Source: Ionaspis alba
Taxonomy: Eukaryota
Direction: 5' to 3'
DNA length: 20,000 nucleotides
Assembly (NCBI GenBank): GCA_964255285.1
Contig: CAXUUL010000010.1
Span: 60,628 to 80,627, forward strand
Below the pieces are notes generated by a model that did no database searches, was not told the origin of the DNA, and saw only the letters and a program-made list of their open reading frames with translations. Position 1 is the stretch's first letter. Every line of letters starts with the position of its first letter. Both the position numbers and the translations under genes were made by a program. This document shows, in pieces, positions 1 through 10,516 of this stretch.

Positions 1-32
1 ACGGTGGTGTTGGAAAGAGGCTCGTTGACCAT
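1..32 (-). CDS. Possible 5' end of a gene running off the left edge (MVNEPLSNTT...)
   Basis: Reverse complement of 1-32 reads ATG GTC AAC GAG CCT CTT TCC AAC ACC ACC GT. It is preceded on the minus strand by an A/C-rich leader-like stretch (cacatcacccctacattacatacaacgcaattgcactcaccgc). Only 10 codons are visible, so no product can be assigned. Confidence 0.3.
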   Translation of the reverse strand, partial: MVNEPLSNTT

Positions 33-2192
33 GCGGTGAGTGCAATTGCGTTGTATGTAATGTAGGGGTGATGTGAGTGCCGGATTGTGCATTTATTGGA
101 AAAGCCCAGGCTGTGTTGGCTGGGAGGGAGGATTGTGGGAAGGACGAAATTGATAGGTCGATTGTTTCGTTCTTTGGGGGGGTGCTTGGATGCTGCCTCT
201 GGGATTTGTTTAAGTCGTGCAGCTCGCAGCCTGGTCTTCCGGCTTTCCATTGTCTTCCTGGCTTTTTCTGTGTCTCCAGCTTACCGACGGGCACAAGGCC
301 GAGCAGGGGTATGAGCTATTTTTGGATGCCAAGTGCCGCTAGGATGATTAGACGAGATCTATGCTTTTCCAAACGTCATTTTCACTCCTCCGCGCTGGTA
401 GGGCCTTTGGGGACCGTTGGAGCTGGCTAGTATGGATGGATGGTTGGCTGCCCTTTGCCGTGTATCCTCTGCTGCTGTAGGTACCTATACAACGCATCTG
501 CTCTGGCTCGTAAGCTTGTGAGTTGCGCGCATCGTTGGATGAGCTCAGCATCCCACAGCTGTGTTGTAAGTGAGTCAGTCGCCCCAGTGGTTGTAATCGG
601 ATCCACCTCCTCGAATGCAATGTTCGACGGAAACCGGCGGTCTGCCGCGGGAGCCTCCGTGCAATACCGAAGGGGGATTTTCCTTGGACTCACTTTGCAG
701 GAATTACTTTCCAAGGCTGGCTGACAGAGTGATGTGCCTCGGGGGAGAATCTTCGAAGGCTGCAGAGAATGGGATGAAAAGATGCGGTCCTTGGGGGCTA
801 CCAGATGGCTAGACTAACGGCGAAAGTCACACGGCAGCAGCCAACATACCGAAGGTTTCCTGAAGAGTAATGACCAGATTCGAACTATCGCAGCCTCATT
901 CTCTCCATCTCTCTACCGCTTTGAGGAAGAGGGAATATTGACGCTGCTGTGCGGTGCATAATATAGGACTCGGGTCGACTGCAGACAACAATAAACTTTT
1001 TCCATTGGACCAACTCGCTCGATCAGTACATGAGGAAGACCCATGGCAAGGGCGGCGGCAGGAGTGGCTTTGACGAACTATGGTGGAAGAAGGCAAGAGG
1101 GAAAAGCAACTGGATAGCTAGTGATGCACTGTCGCTTATGCCGCGACCGAATCATCGACGTCGGAGGTATATCAGCGACAAATATAGAAACCTGCTTTTC
1201 CTTCTAGTCCATTCCATCCTCTGCGGTGCGTTGATGGCTTTTTGAGCCACAAGACCCGAGCGGACGGATTGTTGGCGTTACTACTCCACAGTGCAGGGCA
1301 TGATTCCACCAGCATGGTGGTGACCGGCACGAAGGGCAGTTTGTCCAACATAGGTGGATGTCGGATGCATTTTGGTGGATTCGGTGGGATTACTCTACAG
1401 TACAGTAGTAGTAGCAACAACAACAAATGTAGTGTCTGACTCTACGACCTCATGGGTACCTGAACAAACCAACCAACCGTCACTATTCCTCCGCCTTCTC
1501 TTCTTCTTAGCGCCATCGTCATTGGAGGAACCATCACTTGCGCTCTCCACGCTTCATCCTCCATCACCACCACTAGCCCCATCGGCAGTAGTTGACTCTC
1601 GTCAGAGCTATGTAGCCTCGCGGAAAAGTGCCCGTCGTATGGATTAGCTTGTACACTTTTTTGGGAGCTTATTGCTATTTTGCCCTCTTTCGCTCCTGCC
1701 ACGCTCAGCTCGTCAACTAATTTTCCTATACTGCTGACCACGCTTAGCTCGGCCCGCAGATGTACAGTAGCAGAGCCAACTTGCTTTGCTTGGCCTTCTC
1801 AATCCTGGGAAGAGTCGAGGGAGCGACAGCCGGATCTGGTGAGACATGAACCATGGCCACAACATGACCACATGTCCTGCCTGTACAGCATCGCATCCCC
1901 TCCCATTCAACCTGCAGCGGGCTTCTCCACCGGCATGACCCAATAGCCTCCATGTAAGGCACTTTTACCTCTGTCCCTCGACGTAGTTATCCTCCCGCAT
2001 CCGGCTGGAATCCTGAGACAGCCAGGGCAGGATGATGGGAGTAGCCTCATAGTCATGGTCACACAAGGAAGGCTATGTTTCTTTTGTTCCTTCTCTCTTT
2101 CTCTCCTTCCTCTGTCATGTCATGCTGCTGCTGGCAACTTTACCCTTTCCATCATCCTACACCCCGCAACGGGACACACGCATCCACAAAAG

Positions 2193-2208
2193 CACACACA
2201 CACACACA
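2193..2208. repeat. (CA)8 microsatellite
   Basis: cacacacacacacaca, read directly in the intergenic region upstream of the C6 transcription factor. Confidence 0.9.
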
Positions 2209-3203
2209 CCCAATCCCTACCCAGTTCCCACTATCACACCACCCCCTTCCCCTACCCCAGGCCAAAGCCGCACCACCAGGTCCCGAGCATTGAACACACG
2301 CACATGCCCAGAGCCGGCACGCTTGACCCTGGTAACTGTGCCTTGTCCGTACTGAGAAAGTCGAACCTTCCTTACGGCTGCAAGGTCGTAGGTCGACAAT
2401 GATTATTATTCCAACCGGCTACAGAAAATCGACTCAAGCCAGAGTCACCCGACCCGATTCGAGGGTCAAAAAGCTGATAGTTTCTATTTTAGGCTCAAGG
2501 CCTGTCAGAGAGGCAGAAACCTAGTGCCATCTTCAGGATGATGCCCCAAACGTCCATGTAACTGCTACATGCAATGGCCTTCTCTTACATATCTCCCCCC
2601 ATCTAACTCCTCCTCCTGTTACTACCATTACTCTCGTCGCCCCTCATCATCCTTCCATCCCTTCACCTCCCCTCGGCCCCCTTTTCCCCAAATGACTCAA
2701 TAAGCACCACACACTCGTTATACCTTGTGCTTGTCCAGCTGCGCCTCTCGTTCACACCAGCTCCACCGGAAACCACTCTCGTTGATCCAAGTCTCTCACC
2801 CCCAGGTCCTACTTCTACGTCACGCCATCCACCATCTCTTTCCGATTTCAACAGCAGTGGTAGCAGCAGCAATAGCAAAAAGCAGTGGCAGCAAGCAGTC
2901 ATTCGTTTACTCATCGGTTCTGTCATCATCAAGGAAAAAAATCTCTGTCGTTTCTGATCATTCAATTCGGGCACTTCCGATTTGCCTTCAGCCGCAATCG
3001 GCTCCAAGACTTTTGTCATCCCTCTACATCCGAATGATCTGGAAGGTCTTACAAGGAGCAGCAGCCTTGAGCAGGAGAACTTTTTGACGCCTATGATACT
3101 CTGAAAACCTCACTGTTTTCCTCCTGAACCCTTATCGACAGCTTTCCCATCAGCTTGATTCTTTGCTTCCAATTTTACCCTTCGTAGATTTTGCCCAATA
3201 GAG

Positions 3204-5134
3204 ATGGCTGGACCCGGTGGAGGACCGCCTCGAAAGAGCCATACGAAATCCAGGAATGGCTGCAGGACCTGCAAGAGACGACACATTCGCTGTGACGAGA
3301 GATGGCCGCAATGGTATGTCCACCCTGCGATCAAATTCGCTCCTTCTCCTTTTCACGCGACCTCTGGGCACAACTGACTTGGATCAGTCTCAACTGTACC
3401 AAGCATCAATGTCGTTGCGACTATCACGACATGGGCAGTCCGCCTGCACCGGATGATGTGCCCAGGAGCCCAAAAGGACCTGATCTTCTCTTGAATCACA
3501 TGATCGACTCCCAACTCGACAACTGGCAACGAACGGGCGCCTTTCCCTTCCCGGAGCTTGGCTTGCGCAATACCTACCAATTCCAAGGCCTTGATAAGAT
3601 CGATCTTCGACTGATCCATCACCTCTCTAGCCTCTACCGAGATTTACAGCGCATGGGTCTCCTTCAATGCGTGCCTTGGATTGCTCAGTTACCTGCGTAT
3701 GTGCTCTGAGTCTCTAAACTATACCTGCCAGACCATAAAGACTAATCTTTACCTAGGTTGCTGGAAACAGCGGCCGACCACGAGTTTGTCATGTCATCGA
3801 TCTTGGCATTCTCGGCCACCAATCTTGCCTGGACCACAAAGTCTAGTGAAACCAACAGTCTAGCTTTTCAACGTGGTGGAACAGCTCTGCAGGGTCTTCG
3901 TCCTGCTATTGGAAACTTCTCAAAAGAGAACTCGGATCCTAACTTAGCGGCCTCACTGTTGTTGCTATGGCAGGCGTCTGACTGGTACGTTTATCTCACT
4001 CCGAAAGCCACGAAACGATACTCATAAGCCTACAGGGAAAGCTGGGTTCTGCACAGGAAGGGTATCACCACGGTAAATGACACCTCAAGATCCCTCATAT
4101 GCTTGTTCGCTCACACTGCTCAGATTGTATCATCGATGGAAGAGTGGAGCAGTAATTCCCGGCTGTTCTCCTATGTCAAGAGTCATGTGATAGCGCGGCA
4201 GAACTCCTTCGTGCATCCTCTGGGCCCTCTAGGCTCGCCCATGTTTCCAGCCGAGGACGGAGCGTTGCAGGATGGTATTCTTTCCCTCCAGCGCCTGTGT
4301 ACCACTGCAACGATGAATCCATATCTCCGCGGGAAAATTGAGGAAATCCTCAAATCGGTTGTGGACGTGCAGATGAGCTATTCCACCATGCAGGTTCCAG
4401 GACTTTTCGAGACGCTACGAGCTTTCCGTGCCAATCTGCTCTGGGTTCCGATCTCGCTGCTCCAAAACACCGAGACACCAGATCTCAATCTCCTGGCTGT
4501 TGCGCATCTGTACGGGCTTGCTCTGGCAATAGACAATTCCATACCCGAACTCCATGGAGCCGCATTCGGATCTCTGGTTACCACAGCTATCAAAGAAGTT
4601 GATCTCAAACTTCAATACGGCCTCTCACCCACATGTCATCGCGCCATCGACCCTACTCAGATTGCCGAGCTGATGCAATTCCCCCGTCGCATGACATCGA
4701 ACAATAATCATTCACACCAAAGATCCTTCAGCCAGACCTCCGAATCTCTGCTCTCTGGCCAGCAAAGCCCCTTCGGCTTTCAAAACCTCAACATCCGCTC
4801 TGCACCTCATACACCCCAATTTCCACCATCGATACCCCGCTTCTCCAACGACAGCTTCGAGAATCTCCATGGTCCCCCATCACCCTTTCTGAACTCCTAC
4901 CAAACCCCTTCATCACGCCGACATTCCCACATCGTCCAGCGCTCTCCTCGGCCAGGGTCCTTGAATTTCGAGCACCGCTCTTTCACCGGGCTGGGCCCGC
5001 GGGGAGAATCCCCATTGTACTCACCAGCGCAGTCACCGGGACTCTATTCAATTGAAGATCAGCAGGGCTTTGCTTTCGGAGAGTCCCCTGCGGGATGGAG
5101 TGGCGGGTTCGTCGCCCCTACCGTATGGACCTGA
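3204..5134 (+). CDS. Zn(II)2Cys6 transcription factor, Upc2/Ecm22-like family, about 564 aa; exons 3204-3313, 3388-3696, 3757-3984, 4036-4072, 4124-5134
   Basis: Spliced N-terminus MAGPGGGPPRKSHTKSRNGCRTCKRRHIRCDERWPQC|LNCTKHQCRCDY has the C-x2-C-x6-C-x6-C-x2-C-x6-C binuclear cluster with the Upc2-type HxKSRNGC lead-in. The middle region (HEFVMSSILAFSATNL...ALQGLRPAI...SKENSD) resembles the fungal TF domain of this family, and the C-terminal tail is S/P-rich. Introns: 3314-3387 (GTATGT..ACTGAC..CAG), 3697-3756 (GTATGT..CTAAT..TAG), 3985-4035 (GTACGT..CAG), 4073-4123 (GTAAAT..CAG). Total CDS 1695 nt, in frame. Confidence 0.9.
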
Positions 5135-5556
5135 TCGTCCTCGACCTGACGTGGCTTTTTTTTACCAGGGATTATATCTACGACAGCTCGTCCGAAAGTA
5201 ATAAGCGCTTTCGGCTTTCTTGATCACAGATTTCGCCGCCATCGATTCGAGTATCTCACACTTACAACGTCTGCGCTACATTACACCTTGGCTCCGTCCG
5301 TCTTATTGCTTTTCCCCCCTCAGCGCTACAGTCCGCCGATTCTCGACGATATGATTATGACGACTCCTTACGATTACCCCTATACATTGTATCGCGACGC
5401 ATTGCATCAGCGCTTGGATTTGGATTTTACAGATGTCTTAGCGGGTGTTTTTTGAGCGCTTTCCTAGAAACTGAAACCGTGTCCTTTTTTTGCTAAATCT
5501 GTGTGCTTTTCTTGCGTGCAAGCGTCAAGCTTTGTACGACTAGCGCCCTGTTTTCC

Positions 5557-5575
5557 AGCGAGCGAGCGAGCGAGC
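5557..5575. repeat. (AGCG)4-5 tetranucleotide repeat in the probable 3' UTR of the C6 transcription factor gene
   Basis: agcgagcgagcgagcgagc, read directly. Confidence 0.8.
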
Positions 5576-6236
5576 AAGCGAAGCATATCTAACATGACAA
5601 AGAGAAGGGGAATCTACTTCTAGCTACAGTCCGTGCTTTAATTCTTTAGTCTAATGAATGGTATCTATGTGCCTCTCCGAATTCGGTCAATGCTCGCATA
5701 GCAGTAAGGAAGGCCTTGCCGGTTCCTGAGTCTGCCAAAATCTTACCACGGTAATCTCACCTCAGCTGCCCGCCACCGCCTCCACTTCCTTGATCCACCG
5801 GCTCCTCCGAGTCAGCTGTCACTTTGTAGTTTACCCTAACGACGTCGGCATAAATATCATGTTTCTCCCTCCCTTGACCCTGGTTGTGTAACTGCTACTG
5901 TCGTGGAAAACATGACAGTGCCGCGTGCTGGTTGTGTGATTGATCTTTCGGCCATTATGCTTGATCTCTATTTTTGTTTGCATCCGAGGCAGGCCGCGGA
6001 GATTTGACATCCGTACCAGGCACTTGTGTGACTTGATCGTAGATTAGAAGCATAGATGCAAGAGAGGTCGAACAGACCAGTCTAGAATGCAGAAGCATTT
6101 CATCCTTGTTTGCTTCGAACAAACGGCAATTAGCCGAGGCATTATCACCAAACCCTAGATGCATACCGCCTCAAACACTCCAATTTCCGGCTCTTACATC
6201 ATACCCAGTTGCACTACAGCATCACCTCAGCAAGAA

Positions 6237-7404
6237 ATGTCCGGAGGATGGAACACTATCGAATCTGATGCAGTATGCAGCCCCAAATCTGCTTACAGAA
6301 TCTGAAGGGCTAATGCGTAATCTGTAGGGCGTGTTCACCTACCTCGTCGAACAACTCGGTGTCAAAAACGTGCAATTCGAAGAACTCATCGCCCTTGACG
6401 CAGAGTATCTCCGCCAGCTAACGTCCGCATCCTCTCCCCGTCTTCCTTTCAACCATCCCACCACCAACTGACATCTCTCGTCCCGTCATAGACCCGTCTA
6501 CGGCGTCATCTTCCTCTTCAAATATCCTACCGGCGAGACACAGTCCGCCGTCCCAAAGGATGGGACCTTCGACTACGACGGCGCGGAGAACCTTTTTTTT
6601 GCTCGACAGACGATACAGAATGCGTGCGGGACACAGGCACTGCTGTCGGTTCTGCTGAATAAGGAGGGGGAGATAGATGTAGGGCCACAATTAGGAGAAT
6701 TCAGGGAGTTTACAGGAGCTTTCCCTTCCGAGGTATGGCATCTCTGCCCCTAGATGCGACTCAGCTTCCAGGCATCGACTGGTCCAGCGATCCAATCCAT
6801 CATGAATACTGACACCCAAGCAAAGCTCCGAGGCGACGCCCTCTCCAACTCGGACCTCATCCGCGATGTCCACAACTCCTTCGCCCGCGCCTCGCCCTTC
6901 GTCGATGAAACCCAGCGCCTCGCCACTGACGACGACGACGTCTACCACTTCATCGCCTACACCTCCATCAACGGCGTCCTCTACGAGCTCGACGGCCTAC
7001 AACCAGCCCCCATCTCCCATGGCGCCTGCTCCTCGTCCGAGTTCCCCGAAAAGGTCATACCTGTCCTGCAGCGCAGAATCGAGCGGTACCCCGCTACGGA
7101 AATAAGGTTTAATTTGTTGGCTGTGGTTAGGGATTTGAGGATACGTGCTAGGGAGGTAGGGGATGCGGAGGGGTTGGAGAGGGAGAGGGCGAAGAGGAAG
7201 GCGTGGTTGTGGGAGAATGCGCTGAGGAGACATAATTTTGTGGGTTTGGTTAGTGAGGTTTTGAAGGGAGTTGTGAGGGAGAAAATTAGGGAGGGTGAGG
7301 GTGCGTATGAGAGGTGGATTGAGGAGGCAGTGGGGAGGACGAGGAAGAGGATGGAGGAGAGGAATGCGAAGGGGGGAGGTGGTGGTGATGAGGATGATAT
7401 ATAG
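6237..7404 (+). CDS. UCH37: Ubiquitin carboxyl-terminal hydrolase UCH37/UCHL5 (Uch2), peptidase C12, about 316 aa; exons 6237-6272, 6328-6422, 6492-6732, 6826-7404
   Basis: Spliced protein MSGGWNTIESDA|GVFTYLVEQLGVKNVQFEEL...PVYGVIFLFKY...FFARQTIQNACGTQALL (oxyanion Gln, catalytic Cys)...YHFIAY (His)...LYELDGL (Asp)...EIRFNLLA...WENALRRHNFVG (UCH37-like C-terminal domain). Introns 6273-6327, 6423-6491 and 6733-6825. CDS 951 nt, in frame. Confidence 0.95.
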
Positions 7405-7922
7405 GTGGCTATTATGATGGATTGGAGTTGTCATAAGATGGGCTAGATCGGTATAGATATCAACATGCATTGCAAGGCGTGTTTACATCGAAAACGCATA
7501 ATAGATCTCGGTCACGTGCGAGGCTTTGTAAGTATGTTGCGCCACAGTTCCCAATCTGGTGTTCCAACAGCCGCGGCGTCGAGGACTCGGTGCCATTGCA
7601 TTGTGTCACCTCTTGACAAATTCATTGCATCTTTCATTCCTCTGACAACTTGCATCGTAACGAATTCACGAGTTTTGTGAATCACAATTCCTAGCAGCGG
7701 CATCTATAGCGTTTTTGGTTGATGGCGTAAAACGACAGGTTGATCTCCGTTCCGGCCCCACATGTCCTAGGCTTCGAAGCAAGTATCAACAGCCACGCTC
7801 TTGTTCGCTCCACCAGCCTGCATCATACCCAGCGGCACCTGTACCGACAGCTCTATCCTCTTACAACACATCACGATCTACGACATGACCTCCTGAGCCG
7901 CCGCATCCACCTCCCTCCTCTC

Positions 7923-9650
7923 ATGGCTCAACCACAAACTCTCTCCACCGCCTACATCCAAACACACCCTCCATCTCAACTTCAAACGAGCAGTAACATC
8001 TACGAAGGCACCAACATCGTCATCAACATCAACAACAACGGCGGCGGCGGCAACGATGGTTCGACAGGCAAGGGCATCCTCATCGGCATGCTGTCCGCTT
8101 TTGGCTCGGCGGGTTTCGTCGCGTTCATCTTCATCGTCGTTTATTTCTTCAAGTACACGAGTCGCGGTCGCATAATACTGGATCGGGTGGGCAGGCCCGG
8201 TCAGTATGACGATGAGCAGGCGTTTGCGAGGGAGGAGGCGGAGGCGCTGGAGGGGATGGATGAGATGCAGAGGGCGGAGTATCTGAGGGCGAAAGGTGGG
8301 TAATCATCTACAATTGTTTCTTCCATGGCGTCGTGGATGGATAGTTGAAGGTCTATGGATGGCTGACCTGTGGTCGTGCATTGCAGCTTTCATACAGGCG
8401 AATCCGCCCGAGACGATGCAAACAGATATCTCACTTTCGCAGTTTCTGGCCATACAGGAGAAGGGCGTTTCAGCATGGGAGTTCGAGCCCGAGCTGGAAA
8501 TCGCGAACTGTTTCGTCGAAGCGAGGACGGAAATCGAGTTCTTCGATTCCGAATGCTGCGTGCAGAGCAATTTGCCTATCCCAAAGCAGAACGAGGTTTA
8601 TTACTGGGAAGCGAAGATCTACGACAAGGGCGAGTCGTCGTTGATTAGCATTGGCATGAGCACGAAACCATATCCTTTGTTCAGATTGCCGGGTACGTAT
8701 ATTTTCCACACAGTCAAACTGGAATGAAGGAAGCTCATGTGCACAAAACAGGATGGCACAAATCCTCAATAGCCTACACCTCGAGCGGCCACCGCCGGCA
8801 CAACCAACCCTTCACACCCACCCTCTACGGCCCCGAATACGTCCAAGGCGACGTCGTCGGCGTCGGCTACCGGCCCCGAACTGGCACCGTCTTTTTCACG
8901 CGCAACGGCAAAAAACTCGACGACGTCGCCCACGGGCTCAAAAGTCAGAACTTCTTCCCCACCGTTGGCGCTAACGGCCCTTGCACCGTGCACGTCAATT
9001 TTGGCCAGAGCGGCTTTGTCTTCATTGAAGCTAATGTCAAGAAATGGGGTCTGGCTCCTATGACGGGAAGTCTGGCGCCGCCGCCCCCGTATGGGAGCGA
9101 GCAGGGGAGTATTTTGCTGGAGGCGGGCAGGGACGGCGCGCAGACTAGTCAGAGTACGTATCCAGGGTTGGGGCATGGACGGTCGAGGAGTAGATACGGG
9201 GCTATTGGGGGCCCGATGAGTCCGGGACCGGTGAGGTCGCCGACGGATATTTCGTTGGCGCATTTGGCGCATATTCCTTCCAATGAGGATGTTGGGGAGG
9301 GGACGAGTCGGAGTGCTGGTGCTGGGAATAATGCAAACCTCAATGTCGGCGAGGATGAGGGCAGAACGGTCCAGGTTGGCGCTGATCGGAATGATTATTC
9401 GGCGCCGCCGCCGGAGTATACGAGTCCGGAGGGGAGTCGCAGGACGAGTAATGAGTCTGAGGAGGAAGGGAGACCGTTGGTTGAGAGGGAGCCGGGCAGA
9501 CCACCGGTTCCCAGCTATGCGGCTGCGATTGGGCATGAAACGGGGGAAGGGAGAGACCACGACGAAAATGAGGAGGATGATTATGAGGTGGAGGACGGTG
9601 CGTATGAGGAGAGAAGTGACTCTATGGATCGGAGTGATTCGACCAGTTGA
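7923..9650 (+). CDS. SSH4: Ssh4/Ear1-like single-pass membrane SPRY-domain adaptor for Rsp5 ubiquitin ligase, about 525 aa; exons 7923-8295, 8387-8692, 8752-9650
   Basis: N-terminal transmembrane segment (GILIGMLSAFGSAGFVAFIFIVVYFF), then DISLSQFLAIQEKGVSAWEFEPE, then a SPRY core (EVYYWEAKIY, KPYPLFRLPGWH, GDVVGVGYRPRTGTVFFTRNGKK, VHVNFGQSGFVFIEANVKKWGLAP). PY-type motifs PPPY, PPEY and VPSY follow. Introns 8296-8386 (GTGGGT..GCTGAC..CAG) and 8693-8751 (GTACGT..CAG). The start is the first in-frame ATG. Confidence 0.92.
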
Positions 9651-10122
9651 TCGGTCATTATGTGGCAGCATGTGCTTGGGACTTTGGTTACGATAGTATA
9701 TAGCAGGGAAAGGGGGCTGGGATAGTGGGCATCTGGTGTTCGTGGTACTGATATGGAGGCGTGGTGGAAGGTCAAAGCATGAGGATGTTGTGGTTTTTGG
9801 CATGGTGTTGGGGTTTGTGTATATGGGGACATCGCGTCAAGGGCATAGCATGTAAGGAAAAGCGCTTCGCATGTACTCGGTTTATTGATTTGGGTGTGGC
9901 ATGTTCTTGTCAATTATGGGACTGCCGATAATCCGCTCCGTTCGATCGCAGGGGAGAAACTTAAGCTTTTCGCTTTTCGGTCGAATCGAGCGAAGGAATG
10001 CAAGCTAGGCCGGATTCGGACCGGAGCGCTATGTGCGGACATAATAGGGCTGATCAACAAGTCTAGTCCTGGAATGTGTCTAGCTTGGAAGCCAAAGAAC
10101 AACAGACGCGACAGAAGAGGAG

Positions 10123-10222
10123 NNNNNNNNNNNNNNNNNNNNNNNNNNNNNNNNNNNNNNNNNNNNNNNNNNNNNNNNNNNNNNNNNNNNNNNNNNNNNN
10201 NNNNNNNNNNNNNNNNNNNNNN
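10123..10222. other. Assembly gap (100 N, true size unknown)
   Basis: Run of exactly 100 N, a typical scaffold placeholder. Confidence 0.99.
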
Positions 10223-10376
10223 TGCATGAGGCAACGATACGCATCGCTCTTTCTTGTCTCTGCACCTCCAGGGAAGTCGTGGTCTAGATTGTACCACGTT
10301 GGGCAAACGCCCTTCGGCTCATCACGCTAGTCGGTTCTGTTCCTCTGCCCGGTTTTTCTGGGGGAACCGGTTGGTA

Positions 10377-10395
10377 GGGTAGGGTAGGGGAAGGG
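10377..10395 (+). promoter_or_regulatory. Canonical G-quadruplex-forming motif containing an STRE-like AGGGG, upstream of PDE1
   Basis: GGGTAGGGTAGGGGAAGGG is four G3+ tracts with 2-nt loops, about 120 nt before the PDE1 ATG on the sense strand. Function is inferred. Confidence 0.45.
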
Positions 10396-10516
10396 ATCTA
10401 CGATCTCCGTTTGTCCTCTCGGTGCGGTGTCCGAGACTTCTGTCTTTTTCTGCTCTGGGTTTTGAAGGTTTGAAGCAGTGAGATAGCGTGAGAGGGACGG
10501 TGCTAGTGAAGGTTCG

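Noticed and set aside
2244..2257. Exact 14-mer CCCTTCCCCTACCC, the reverse complement of 10382-10395 upstream of PDE1
   Set aside because: About one exact 14-mer match is expected by chance in 20 kb over both strands, and more for low-complexity words. It is not evidence of a shared element by itself.
77..3087. Many 60-120 aa ORFs in the left intergenic region
   Set aside because: No domain motifs, no consistent codon bias and no coherent exon chain. The number is compatible with chance at about 52% GC.
6997..7470. 157-aa minus-strand Pro/Leu-rich ORF opposite the UCH37 3' end
   Set aside because: Mirror of the G-rich UCH37 tail with no independent support.
8766..9803. 345-aa minus-strand ORF antisense to SSH4
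   Set aside because: Shadow ORF of a well-supported gene with strongly biased codon usage. The translation is low-complexity and has no recognisable motif.
9885..10330. ORFs spanning the N run
   Set aside because: Artefacts of translating through the assembly gap.
10375..10390. (TAGGG)3 as an interstitial telomere remnant
   Set aside because: Units are TAGGG rather than TTAGGG, there are only three copies, and the context is gene-dense with no subtelomeric features.
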